From positions 33,296,001 through 33,360,000 of the forward strand of contig NW_024704742.1 of the NCBI RefSeq assembly GCF_018977255.1: a stretch of 64,000 nt of DNA, given 5' to 3'. Both the position numbers and the translations under genes were made by a program. Under the pieces are notes generated by a model. It saw nothing but the letters and a program-made list of their open reading frames with translations, did no database searches and had not been told where the DNA came from. Below, in pieces: positions 39,101-52,230 of this stretch. The DNA is from Callorhinchus milii (Eukaryota). The first letter of the stretch is position 1; each line of letters opens with the position of its first letter.

Positions 39101-39392
39101 TTGAGAATATAATATTTGCAGAATAGAATATGCCAAGGATCTTTCCTTAATGATTTTTTTCAGAATAAATTTAAAGCTCGGAACTTTGCTAGACTTTAGA
39201 GCTGAAATACTGCCTGGAAGATTTCTGAGAGGTTTAAACAAATGGTGCTTGATTTTAATATAAATATATTGGAATTTAAAATATTATTAATTTTAAAAAG
39301 TACATTAGAACCACTCAAATATTCACTGTGAATACATCAACCTCTGGGTATGATTTAAGACATCACTATAGAAGAACAATTCAGATATTATA

Positions 39393-40113
39393 GGTTATAT
39401 TTAAATGTTTTGCAATGTTTCTTAATTCCACTGTGTTGGAATGACACTTGGAAAAGCCTTTTGTTTTCTCCCTTCTCCCATCTACAAAAGAAAAGATTGA
39501 AAAGGCTGAGCAAAGTCTGGTAAGTCTTCAAAAAAACAATGTTGTGCAAATTGGATACAATTTTCAATGTTTATTGCAAGCTTTTCTGACAAAAGGATTC
39601 CTTCTCTTGTCATACCAAACTTGGCTGGACACTTGGTACATTGGTGAAAAGATCTGTCCTGCAGTTGCAGGCTCTCTAATCTTTAATTTAACCCCAGTGA
39701 ACCTGTCTTTTAACATCCAAAAGACACAGCTCTTCCCAAAGCTCACAAGACAGGCAATTTAGAAAAATGATAAAGTCAGCAGTTGAACAAGCGTTAGCTT
39801 TACGGCTCTTGGATTGAACGGCTCACCCTGGTCTTGGCATCAATCTGTCCTCCTCTGTCCAGCAGCAGTTTCACCATATTGGTATTTCCTCGTTTGGAAG
39901 CTACATGGAGCGGAGTGATTCCATTCTGGTTTGGGGGAAGGGAAGGATAAAAAATAATACATCAGCAAAAAGTTCAAAGCAAATATGGTATCAGAATCCG
40001 GGTTATATTTAAATGTTCTCTAATGTGTCTTAATCCCATTGTGTAGGAATGACACTTGATAAAAGTCTTTTTTCCCTCCCTTCTTCCATCTATAAAAGCA
40101 AAGATTGAACAGG
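39393..40113. repeat. Diverged ~113-bp direct repeat pair (39393-39505 and 40001-40113)
   Basis: ggttatatttaaatgtt...ggaatgacacttg...ccatcta(c/t)aaaag(a/c)aaagattgaa; offset 608 bp. Confidence 0.85.
39827..39925 (-). CDS. ANK2: ANK2 exon, 99 nt, [33 protein letters not shown]
   Basis: cag acceptor, AGG|gtgagc donor. Confidence 0.96.
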
Positions 40114-40290
40114 GAAAACAATTTGAAAATAGAAAACTGCAGTTACAGTTCAAATGTGTGCCAGCCTCGTAGTACTCTCATCTGTTGAGTCAGCAAGTTG
40201 TGGATTCAATCCACATGCTGGGGCTTCAAATTACTACAGTCTTGGCTTACACCCCAGGGCAGTGCTGGGGATACACTGCATTGTTGGAGG

Positions 40291-40291
<1 letters not shown>

Positions 40292-40326
<35 letters not shown>

Positions 40327-40637
40327 CCTTGCATTTGATATAGCGCTTTTCACGTCGGGAGGACGTCCCAAAGCGCTTCACAGAACACACTGTAAAGTGA
40401 ATTGACTGTATATCTGTGGGCGAATGCGGCAGCCAATTGCGCACAGCAATGTCCCACAAACAGTCGTAGATTGAAAATGACCAATTTTTTATTATTGTTT
40501 TGGTTTTGGAGGGATTATTATTAGGCGTGTGGAGTAAGGAAACTAGTCCAAGGTTTCGCCCTGACCTGCCTGGAATTGAACTCAGGTCTCTCGCTTGCAA
40601 GGCGAGTGCTCTAACCACTGAGCTACAGGACTCCACA
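40292..40637 (-). mobile_element. Young tRNA-derived SINE, full length, long TTA tail
   Basis: Same family; sits inside a split older SINE. Confidence 0.92.
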
Positions 40638-40664
40638 AACTCCATAAACACAGTAGTCATTAAA

Positions 40665-40860
40665 AACATGCAGCAGGTCAGACAGATTCCATGGAGAGAG
40701 GAAAATTATTTAACATTTCAGGTCTATGCCCTTTCGTCAGAACTGGGGGATGTTGGAAGACAGCAGATTATAAGTACAAGCAGAGAAGGGGGAGGGGAAA
40801 GAAAGACAAAGGAAACGTGTTTAGATGGAGGACAGAAAATGATGAGATAAGAGGTGTTGA
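40665..40860. mobile_element. Penelope-like retroelement terminal fragment
   Basis: cagcaggtcagacag...gagagag...taacatttcaggtc...ctttcgtcagaactgg, containing a hammerhead-like core on the minus strand; family assignment is by pattern recognition. Confidence 0.55.
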
Positions 40861-41957
40861 TGGAGCAAGACAAAAGGCAATAATAATAATGCTTGCATTT
40901 AATATAGCGCCTTTTCATGTCTTTGAGACATCTCAAAGTGCTTCACAGAATATAGTAAATTGACTATATATTTTGGGGGCGAAACGAGGCAGTCAATTGT
41001 GCACAGCGGTGTCCCACAAACAGTCGTGGATTGAATAGGAGGATCATAGCCTTTTGTTTATTGTTGGAAGTGCCTGGTTTCAGATGAAATGTTAAACTGA
41101 GGTCTCTTCTGTCTGTTCAGGTAGACATTAAAAATCCCATGTTACTGTTTGGTAAGAGATGAGATTTTCTCTTGGTGTTCTGGCTAACAATCCCAAGCTA
41201 AAATTGGTTTTCACTTCATAGTTGTTTGTGAGACATTTGCTGTGCTGAAAATGACTGCCCATTCACCTACATACTAAAGTTATTACACTTTACAGTATAT
41301 TCTGTGAAACGCTTTGAGAAGTTCTTCCAACGTGAAACGTGCAACATAATAATAATAATCCTTGCATTTGGCATAGTGCTTGTCACGTCTTCTAGATGTC
41401 TCAAGGTGCTTAATATAAAATTAAAAGATTTTTTATTATTCAATTATTACAGTATAAGTTGCATGATTTATTTGTGATTTGAGAATTACAATTGCTGAGA
41501 CAAAGTGTGAGAGACAGGTGAAAGATTGTACTCTCGCTACCTGGAAATGTCCCTCAATAAATTTAGCTTTATCATTTGTGAGGATCACTTTTTTTATTTT
41601 AATGGTCATTTAAAATAAATAAAAGTTACACCAGAGGTTTCCCCAACCATAGCAGTGGTGTGATCAAGAAATATAAAAGAAATATATTTTAACAAAGGAA
41701 CAATTTTAAATGTACAGTTTCAGCAACATTCTTGAGTTGATTTACCAATCACTGACAATTTACCCATCGGATCACTTTTGAGTTTAGAATGAAAAATTGA
41801 CCTTTATAAGCTCACATTGTCAAGATCAATAAGTGTACCTGCCAGCAGAAAATTAGATGCATCCCCCACTAATGTATGGTGAATGGTTGAAGGCTCTGAA
41901 ATGCAATTTGAAAAGAGAAAGGAATTTCTCTGGCCAACAAGCCAGATCATTCACTTC

Positions 41958-42287
41958 ATAATAATAATAATAATAATCCTTGCATTTGATATAGCGCTTT
42001 TCACGTCGGGAGGACGTCCCAAAGCGCTTCACAGAACACACTGTAAAGTGAATTGACTGTATATTTGTGGGCGAACGCGGCAGCCAATTGCGCACAGCAA
42101 TGTCCCACAAACAGTCGTAGATTGAAAATGACCAATTTATTATTGTTTTGTTTTTTTGGAGGGATTATTATTAGGCTCTGTGTGGAGTAAGGAAACTTGC
42201 CCAAGGTTTCGCCCTCTGCCTGGAATTGAACTCAGGTCTCCCACTTGCAAAGCGAGTGCTCTAACCACTGAGCTACAGGACTCCACA
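41958..42287 (-). mobile_element. Young tRNA-derived SINE, full length
   Basis: Same family. Confidence 0.92.
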
Positions 42288-43045
42288 TTATAGTTGTTTG
42301 TGGACTTTCCTGCGTGCAATTCGGCTTCTGCATTTCTTTTGCTTGTTAAGACTCGAGACGTTTTAACTTTCTAGATGCTACACCTCAAATGTAACAATTA
42401 TTTATTTAGAATGTCAATACATTTACCGCTTGTCGAAGAACCATCCTCTGTGGATTACAGAGAACACAGCATCCAAAATTGTTCACATATCCATTTTGCT
42501 GAGTGAATTGATTAAAAATCCGAGGTTCTTGTTTCATTTAATGTAGGGTTTTGATGCTAGAAAATATGACTGGCTGACCTATTTAGGACAAATATTGGAA
42601 TTTGTAGCATTAACATAATATATTTCCCCTACTCCCAACTCCCTCATGTGTCACTGCTAATTTGCCTTTACAAAATACCATTAGTTTGAAAGATGAAGGT
42701 TTAATGATTACATTTTTAATAAACATTAAATAACAATGTAATTAAGTTTAGGTTGTTGATAATTCACATGACATGAATTATGCAATCCAAAACGATAGTC
42801 CATATCTTAAGCCTGTTATTGCACAAGTTAGATTACAGGCTGATGGAGTTCAACCTGGCAAATCTGTTCCTTCACAATTCAGACAAACTCACAAATAATA
42901 TTAATGATAGAATCCAGATAAGCCAAGGCTGTTAAATGCACTGCTACTCAACCCCTCCAGAGGAAGACAAGGTAGAGCTATGGAAACAGCAGAGATTGAG
43001 AGAATAACAATAAGTAACTGAAATCAAATAGGAATAAAAACTTAC

Positions 43046-43144
43046 CCTAGCTGTGAAATCCACGGCAGCTCCTCGGTTTAACAGCAGAGTAGCTACATTC
43101 ACGTTTCCATAATGGGCAGCAATATGCAGAGGCGTAAAGCCACT
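43046..43144 (-). CDS. ANK2: ANK2 exon, 99 nt, [33 protein letters not shown]
   Basis: cag acceptor, AGG|gtaagt donor. Confidence 0.96.
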
Positions 43145-44191
43145 CTGTGAACAGGAGGAAAAGACATTGAGAACATAAAACTAACCAGCTCATAAACCAG
43201 CGTTTAACTCTGATACCCAGACTCACAAACACATTTTTTCTCATCCAATTCCTAAAGAATCATCTCGATGAACACATAAACATCCCTATGAAGAGTAGCA
43301 CAAAATTCAACCAAACTAGTCCATAAATCTGTTTTGTCTAAAAATTTAAGATCACGCACAATTATGGAAAATTATTCAATTTAGACTCAATTGGGAATCC
43401 AGTTTTTTTAAGAATTGTGGCAAGCCAGTTTCTGAATTAAGACTGAATTTAAGAATTTTCTACAATTCTGCAAAATCGTATACTATAAAATTGGGTGGAA
43501 TGCTGGCTGTCACTGGCCCCTGGGATACAGCCTCAAAGTTTACTGGAAACACCATAATGCATCAGGACACCAAAGCAGATGAGATTCCAACTATCATTCT
43601 TTCAAGTGGGAAGCAGACATCTGACAGAACTTTATTTGTGCATCTTCATGTTAAATTTACAGTGAAGAGAGTTGGGGTGAGTAAAAAACAAACAAAAAGT
43701 TGATTGCTTCATTTAGCTGCTTTTGAGTCTAACTCATTTGATATGATTACTTCAAATGGATTACAAATCTGACATCAGTAAAATAGCCAGTGCAGGGATT
43801 TACCCGCTCCGCTCATTTCCTGGTTTATCACACAGGAACGCCTACAGATTGTTTCATTGTAAGGGGAAGGAGAGGAATAAAGGAATATCCTTAAAGAAGC
43901 ATTAACGTGGCTCACAGTATGGCACTTGTAATGCTCTGGATCCAGGCTACCTGCCTGTCCTGCTATCAACAGCGGTGGCTGACTGGAAGGGCAGAAATGA
44001 GACAGAAATCAGAAAGTGCATGTTTTTCACTGGAGGATATCAATATCCTGAAGCACATTGTGTAAGGCATGTTGCTCCGTTAAGGTTGGAAACAAACCAC
44101 TTTCTTCCACCTGAAGAAATTGCAATTATACGACTATTAGAGGTAATTTTCAAACTGACTGAGGAAAAAGTGAGTAGGTCAAAATAAATAC

Positions 44192-44215
44192 CTCTGTGGT
44201 CCTATTCACCATCAT
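44192..44215 (-). CDS. ANK2: ANK2 24-nt microexon, MMVNRTTE
   Basis: ATG ATG GTG AAT AGG ACC ACA GAG between a tgctgccccag acceptor and a gtattt donor. Matches the ankyrin-B insert between ...DVQSK and SGFTPL... Confidence 0.92.
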
Positions 44216-47200
44216 CTGGGGCAGCATTGAGAAGAAGCAGAAACAGTATTGTGAGAGAGTAAAGACAAACGTAAACCTCAAGCCGGGAAGCAGCACCAAA
44301 ACTCACAGCACTTCTTGCAGAGAACACATGCAATTCTCTACATCAAAATTGAAATCTACACAGCAAACACACTGGGGTCTATCGAACACTCATCATTAAC
44401 ACTAGCGATTTTTTCAAAACCAATCGTGAAAGGAAAAGGTCAGGGTTAGTGCTCAGTCGATGATAGGCATCAATGTCCACTAACTTGTATGACCGAGCAT
44501 GTATGGGATGAATATGATAACAACAACAATTTGCATTAATATAGCATCCAGCAGGCAGGATAGCATCTCAGAGAACTGGATAAGCAGGAATCCCAGTATC
44601 AACAGTCTTATAAACACGTTGAAGCATTTATAACGCCGTTATTGGTACTTTTTCAAAAATATAAATTTTTTAAATGTATATTTAAATTTACAGATGTTAT
44701 CTGAGTATTTAAGCTGTTCTGCATAGAAGTGACAACATCTAATTGAATGAGCAAAGGCCTTTTGGCTGTCAAGCACTGCCAGTTGCTTCTCTGCCCTGTC
44801 AGAAATGTACCAACCACACTCAGTCTCCTGTAGGAAGCCACCAACCAACCCACGTGATCTTTTAAGCAGACAAAACTGTGAAATTTCTTCCCGACTTCTG
44901 CAGGAAATCAACCGATTGCAGGGATATTAATCCAACTTTAAAACCCACACTTGTAGCTGGGGCTAGTCACATCACATAAGTGATTTATCCCTGCTTCAAT
45001 ATGGATTGAACCATTACCATAGGGTTCCTATAAGCAATTTCATCAACTGTGTCTGTTCTTATAACTTTTTATTATATTCTCAGATACAACATACTTGTGT
45101 AATACATCTTTTATAAAAGAGGCTGCAGTTTTAAGGTGGTGCTGTAAGGAAATTGTGGTAAATATAATGGATTTGAAAGTGATCCAGGATTATTTTGAGT
45201 AGTTTTAGTCAAATCTGTAACCAAAAGGAATATTGCAAATGTTTATTTCCTTTTACCCTTTTTAAAAAAATCACAACTACACACAACATAACACTACACA
45301 CATATTTTTTGAAGCCATTCTATTTTTTTCATCTATGGATTAAATGATAAACAACAACAAATTACATTTATATGGCACCTTTAACTTCAGGAGCATGTCC
45401 CTTAGGTGCTCCCTTGGCAAAAACAAGCAATAAGAAGATTATTTAGCCCATCCAGTTTATTCCTTCAACTGATTATAGCTAGCTGCACCCACTCTAAGGA
45501 ACTCCATCTTGGAAACCCGCTGACACGATCCTTCTCTTATCTCATTCAAGGTCCGTCTCAAGATGTAGCTCTTTGATCATGTTTTTCGTCACCTTTACCC
45601 TCCCCGGCCCCTTCGGCTTGCACTCCCAGCTCGTGTGCCAAGCCAGTATCGGTAAGCAACACTTTCGGATGTCTTCCCGATGTGAAAGCCGATAAATAAA
45701 TTTCAATTGCATTGTATGGAAAATGTTCCTTAAATTGTTTAGCACTATTAATAATATTATTATTATTATTAGCACAATTACAATTTTTGCTAGTTTCATT
45801 CCAAGGTAATGTACATTCCATTAAAACTGTCTGGTCAATAATAATAATAATAATAATAATCCTTGCATTTGTTATAGCGCTTTTCACGTCAGGAGGACGT
45901 CCCAAAGCGCTTCACAGAATATACTGTAAAGTGAATTGACTACCCCAATCACTACACACAAACCAAACACTCAATCAATCATGCAGCCAACCAACTAATG
46001 TAATCAAATATTTTCTTTGATTACATTTAAACATGAACCCTATAAACAGAATACTCAATGGGAAAATGTGTAGCTTAACATGTATTGTGCTTGTGAGGCA
46101 GGCCTCTGTATTTCACCCTGTATTGTAGATATATTGTAGTTCATTGTCCAGGCTTCCTTACACGTAGAATGTTCTTTCAGATTTCCAGCATCTGCAGTAT
46201 TTTGTGGGGTTTTTTTTTTTTTTTTTCTTTTTACATAGAATGTTCTGTTCTTCTAATGAACCAGGGAGTACTTTCTATTCACATCAGCAGTGAGAAGGAT
46301 GTTGTAGTTATCCTGGGTCGGATGATTCCACAGTGATCACAACATGAATGTACTCCACAACTGGTGCCAATGATAGTGTTACAACGATTATGATGATGAA
46401 TATTTAGTCATGATATAATGTTGTAAACCTTCCTGGATGTAGTAAACATAATATTACCACGCAAACAGGTTTGGTTCCATACTTCAAAGTCATTAGGTCA
46501 TTGATACATCTGTTCAGTGGTTTAAATCACAGTCATTTAGAAACTGAAAAGGTGTGTTTGATACCAATGAAAATGATCAAAGGTACAATATTTCCACATA
46601 TGGATATAATGTATAATGGGATTTAATATGGGTGATCTGTGAAATAATTTATAAATATAGATAGACAGAACCCTGCATGTATCTGGATGTGTGTTACGTG
46701 ACCTGCTGGATATCTACTCAGACACAAATTCCTGCTGAGTGCCAGGAACCTTCCTTGGACGTAAGTCAGAAATAAGCTGGGCATCTTAACAGAATTCCAG
46801 CCGGTCGTCAGGAGCCACATCTGGGTACCTACAGGATTCCATCTTTATGAATCCTTCCACAAATTCCTAGGTCTAAGTCCCCATTTTTTGCCAATCAGGT
46901 GAGCAGTTATTGCCAATAGGGTATACCGTGTTCTTATTTATTTCAAATTGATGTCTGAACTGTGATTCACACGATTTGTCTTTGTGAAGTGCACCTGTTC
47001 ACGGGCTGGCCCCACGGTGCTGGGTACAGGTTGACATGATTCTAAACTGAGGGAACATGCCAAACATAGAGGGAAAATACAAGGGTGGTCATTCCCAGGT
47101 CATAACCCCATACCTCCAATGACCCAGCTATAGAACAGCACTGGCTTGGACAAGTTGCTAGCAGATCACTTCCAGCCTGCCTTCTCCCCTGGGGGGTGAG

Positions 47201-47616
47201 GGGAAGGGGGTGTTTAAGGATAGAAAGTGTGTGATAAGATTATAATAAAATAATATTTTATGCATAAATATAATAACTTTCTTATGAGTGGGATGAACAA
47301 CAAAATCAACATAAATATTTTAGGGCAACGTTTTCAGAACAGAAGCAATACAGAAACAAGCAACCTGGAACAAAAAGATTTAATCTTATTAGAAATGCCT
47401 TTGACAAGTGACTGAAACTGAAAATGCATATTTATGCCATCCACTTTTATAAACCCAGGGGATGAAATTCCCTTCGCTGCTCCATACAGTGTGTTTGGTG
47501 GCATGTGATGATAAGGAGGAAATTTCAATAGTGTCTGACTTGCTCAATGCAGGTACAGATAATGCTTAACTGGAATTACAATCGAAAAGGCCACTGAAAG
47601 GAGGAGATGGCCTTAC

Positions 47617-47802
47617 CTTGGACTGCACGTCGGCATTGTGGTCATTCTGCAGCAGGAGCGCTGCAGATTTGGTGTCATCTTTCCTGGCGGCGATGTGGAG
47701 GGCTGGCAGCCGCACCTTTCCCTTGGTGTCATTCTCCAGGAGGATGGCCACCACCTGGTTGTGACCCTGCTGTAGTGCCACAGCCAAGGGTGTGAACCCG
47801 TC
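47617..47802 (-). CDS. ANK2: ANK2 exon, 186 nt, [62 protein letters not shown]
   Basis: cag acceptor, AAG|gtaagg donor; contained in ORF 47566..47973. Confidence 0.97.
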
Positions 47803-47879
47803 CTGACAAAGCACAAACAACAATGTTTTAATGGCTCCAGTGTCATGGTTGTTTTTGTGGTGCTGCAACGAAGGCAAGA

Positions 47880-48150
47880 GCTTGAAAAATACCTGAAAAA
47901 TAAATGAGGTTAGGGAATGGAGTAGATCACGTAGGTTTAAAGTTGCCCTGGGCAATTTCAGGACAGATATCAAGACGTCTTCCTTTACTTAGAAGGTAAT
48001 TAACAAATGAACAGGTTACCAAGGAAGGTGTTTGAAGCTGCATTTAAAAAGCAGCTTGAAAGGATGAGACGGAAGGACGGTAGGGTGAGTATTTTGGAAG
48101 GATGAGATCAGATGGGCTGAAGGGCTTTCTTCATCCGAACCAATCTTGTG
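47880..48150 (+). mobile_element. Degraded CR1 3' end
   Basis: ttcaggacagatatcaag...ttcctttact...gatgggctgaagggctttct. Short tails also at about 29080-29135, 58990-59220, 62440-62520. Confidence 0.62.
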
Positions 48151-51100
48151 ATTGTTGAATTGGGGAAACTGGCATCAGGACAGACACAATGGTTTGGATG
48201 GTCTCTTTCTGTACTGTAAATTCACTTCATTTTGGGATGTGTGCAACGGCCAAAAAGCTTACCACAAGGAGGGAGTGATATCTACAAAATACACATTCAC
48301 TATACTTTATAATCATTCCTGTAAAGTGATTTGAGACGTCCTCCTGATATTATATCAAACTATTATTAATGCAAATGAGATAATAGCAAGAAGTATGCTA
48401 TGGTGACCTATGGGAACTCTACTCCAATGCAATATACTCTCTTAACACAGACCCTGTGGTTTGACCAAATGTTTTGGTCTTCCTATTGATGAATCCCACT
48501 AAGAAATATCATAAATCAGATCTCAGCAACTCAAATATCCCATTAGTCCTGGTGCAAAATTCCTTTGCCTAACTGTTCAAAGGTCATAAAAGATGCTGGG
48601 ACCAGGTCTTAGGAACAAAAAGAGTTTAACAGCCAATCTTCGAAAAGTATTTTCAAGTATTTATTAAATTATATATTATATATATTTCAGGGAAATGTTG
48701 TTGGTCTCTTACCCTCAGCACTGCTGCCAGTGGACTGAATTGACAAGAGTTAATGACTATAATCCCTCACACTAATATGTCAGGCCAAATGCTGCCTATT
48801 TCTGCAAACACACAGCTGCAGTAATGTACCAGCAATTGCTGGCTCAGTCTTCTGAAATGCCATTGAAGATTACAGATGCAAATTGTGTGCAACAAAGGGA
48901 GCAGGTGGGAGAAGGGCCGTGAAACCACAATCCCCGAACAATCACACTCCAGTCCACAATATCTCACACCTGCCGTAATGTTAAAACATATCACAGCCAG
49001 GAGCTCCCAGCACAATGGGCTCTAATGGCCAGTTTTTGAAATCAGCAACACCCATCACAGTCTATCAGCGCAAAACATGATAGAAGAAAATAACAAAAGG
49101 GCAATAGGGTCGGTTTTAACAAACATTTACTCCAACTGATGACTGTGTAACCCTGTTAAGCTGTTTGTAATTCCATGTTTTTTCCATCAGTAGCTCTTAC
49201 TGAGGAATTTGTACTTTTAGTATATATAACAATAATTCTTGAACTTCAGATAGCTTCTTCCGCATCAGGAGGATGCCCCAAAGTGCTTAACAGGATATAC
49301 AGTAAGTGGAATAATTGTGTATTTTGTGAGTGAGCATGGCAGTCCATTTGCGCACAGCAATGTCTCACAAGCAGCCGTGAAGTCAAATCAACAATTTTCT
49401 CTGAAGGACTGTTGGCCAGGACACCGGGCGAAACTCCCTGCACATTTTGAACAGTGAAGATCTTTAACATCCACCTGAATAGGAAGCTTGGTTTAACAGC
49501 TCATCCAAAGTTCTTTTCTCAGTTTAAATGTTTCCACATATGTTGTAATCAGACACAGATCATTCACTTGTCAACAAATGACACAATAAGAAGCATGAGG
49601 TCTTCTTTGTGTAAGAAATGAATTTCCCATTTAACACAGTCCAAGGAACATGTAATGATAAAATCATTTAATGACCAATGCTAAATGAGTTGAAAATCCC
49701 CGAGGCTAATCACCCTATATCCAGCTGATAATGGAGATCCTTTAACATGGTTTGTTACCTTCATTACTTTATTCAACGTATTAGCCTCATCATTTCACTA
49801 TAACCCACGGGTATATCCAGTACTGTAGATAGTGCCTCCCATGGGAAAGATATGGACCCAGGGCTATCCATCACTTGAATCTTCCTAGCTTTATTGTGAG
49901 CAAATGTTGTCAGCTGCTTTCAGAGAAGCTGATGGATATTTCAGCTACCATCCTGCTGTAAAGGGACTCTCCTTAATGGGCAGTGGAAACCACAAAAAGG
50001 CATCTGCATCTCTTGCAAAAGCGGCAATGGGTTTCTAATCAATTTGCATGTTTCGTGGCCATGAGGTAGGTCTCTTCCCCAGACCATCCACTGTTTTGGC
50101 GAAAGTTGCCATGTTGACAGTGAAGGTCAAAAATTCTTCTATTTGGTATTGTTTCTTCTAATGATTTGATCAATCTATTTGAGAGCCAATTTGCAATTTC
50201 GCCCACAAAATACATAGTCAATCCACTTTATAGTATATCCCGTGAAGCAATTTGAGACATTGAGATGACATGATAAGGCGTTATATCAAATGCCAAGATT
50301 ATTGTTATTTCACTCAGCAGCAGTGACAGAGAACTGGAAACAGGTCCTCAAGGGAGCAGTTAACACATAATCCGGAGAAGAACAAAAGGAAGGGAGAAAA
50401 ATGTCTCTCTCCAAGTTAAAATAAAATCTCCCCAGTTTTCATTATAGAACTGAGAAAGTATAGATTTATTTTCTGTAGAAACAAGCCAGACAATAAAGAA
50501 ATACGCATTTCTTTACAATTCATATTTTACGAAACATGAAACCAATCGATCATTGTCCACTGAATTGCTTCAGTTCAGCAGAGAGGTTTTTCCTAGATCA
50601 AGGTAACCCAGTTGCAATAACTTCAACAAAGTATTATTCAAGGAGCTTCAGTGTTCAGATAAATCTTAAATCATGGCAATTTCACTGTTAAAGTGTGTGG
50701 AATCCTCCAGGATATGTTACAGAAATACACCAGCTGTAATACTTTTAGTAAAAATTAGTACAGGCTTATTCTTTTAATCATTATTTACTTGATCTGCTTG
50801 CAAACATACTTAAAGGGCACATATTAATGGCATTTTACTAAGTGCTGCTTCTTTGTATTGTTTGGAGGGAGAGAGAAAGCGAGAGGGAGCAAAATTCTTT
50901 ACACTTGCAGAGCGCATACCAATGCACACTATTAATGAATGGGTAAAATTGAGGCTGTACTGGAATTCCTCATATGGTCAATTTACAGCCACAGCTACTG
51001 AAGGGACATCAGCGATGAGCTCCGAAAGGTAGTGAGAAAAAGCCAGCAACCGAATGGTGGTGGGCTTGGGAGTAGGTCGCATAACCAATCCAATAGCTGA

Positions 51101-52131
51101 GCCATGATTCAGAGTGACTGGCAAAAATGTTATAAAGACTTAATGACTGATTCTGAGCTCCCTCGTGGTTGAATGAGGAAACACACTATCCTAATTCAGC
51201 ACTGTGTCATTACATATAATCATATATAGATTGCCAGTTGAAACTTGTGCTCACTTAGCTTCTCTGTTGGAAAGCAGTTGAGGCCTCAATGTTCATGCAT
51301 TTGGGAAGGAAAAAGCAGTCAAGGTTCCTGCTCCCATTCTCTATTAAGAAACAGCTGCTGGAAGGTCGACAGATTTATATTTTAGTATAAGCATTGGTAT
51401 GATTTCCCCAGCTTCATCAAATGTCCTGCAAACACTTAATGTCAAGACTCACACTTGGATAATAGCAATTGGGCATGGTATCAGACGGTGACAGGTGCCT
51501 ATACCTCCCAGAAGAAAGAAAAAGCAGCCAAAAGACCTACAGGAGAAGAGGAGGGGGGGGGGGAGGGAGAAAATTAAACAAGAAAAAAAGATTCTGTCCA
51601 GTGGTCTATGAAACACGCCTGGAGTCATACTGTCACTTTGTCATGTAAGTGACTGATACATCCTACTGAAATTTACATGAGATGAATTAGTTTATTTAAC
51701 AAAATTCGTATTGGATTTCATACCCTGAGGGCATACATCTTGGTATTGGCTTACACAAAGCAATCAGAACCCTTTCCCCGAACAGGTAACAAAACAGATA
51801 ATAGTGAAATCAACACTGGAAATGGCAGAAATGGGGCTTTATATCGTGGGGTTTTTTCTGGTGATCACATGGATTATTTTTCAACATGCAGTCAAACTCC
51901 AGAGCTGGTGTTTATTTTATAGTGTTTCTTGAAACTAACTTTCGATCCAATTGACAAATTTGCACAAGTAATATGATCTGTTAATAGTCATTGAATGAAT
52001 CATTTGGGAGAAATGCTTTGAACATGGATCAGAATAGTGTAATGTGAATGTCTTTAATAGAAACAAAAAGAAAGGGCATTTGTCATTCAAGGAGAGTCCA
52101 TCAAAAGCAATGTTACAATAGATTCCCTTAC

Positions 52132-52230
52132 CTCAGTCGCTGTACTTTGGTTAGCTCCACTCTCCAGAAGATATCTCACAACGTCAATATGATTCTCTTG
52201 GGCAGCCATATAGAGCGGAGTGAAACCATT
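52132..52230 (-). CDS. ANK2: ANK2 exon, 99 nt, [33 protein letters not shown]
   Basis: tag acceptor, GAG|gtaagg donor, one ankyrin repeat, phase 0-0. Confidence 0.96.

Larger units (their letters stand above)
11950..52230 (-). other. ANK2: Ankyrin-B gene, partial (19 internal coding exons, membrane-binding ANK-repeat domain to start of linker)
   Basis: Exons join into one open frame with AG acceptors and GT donors (one GC). ANK2-type peptides rather than ANK1/ANK3: [95 protein letters not shown]. Confidence 0.93.

Noticed and set aside
40154..40850. Recurring ORFs such as WDIAVRNWLP...KRYIKCKDYYY and poly-Ile or poly-Tyr runs
   Set aside because: Translations of SINE copies and their TTA tails
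51545..51570. G-runs (also 47188-47210 and within L2 UTRs) as G-quadruplexes
   Set aside because: Short simple-sequence tracts, mostly repeat-derived, with no other support
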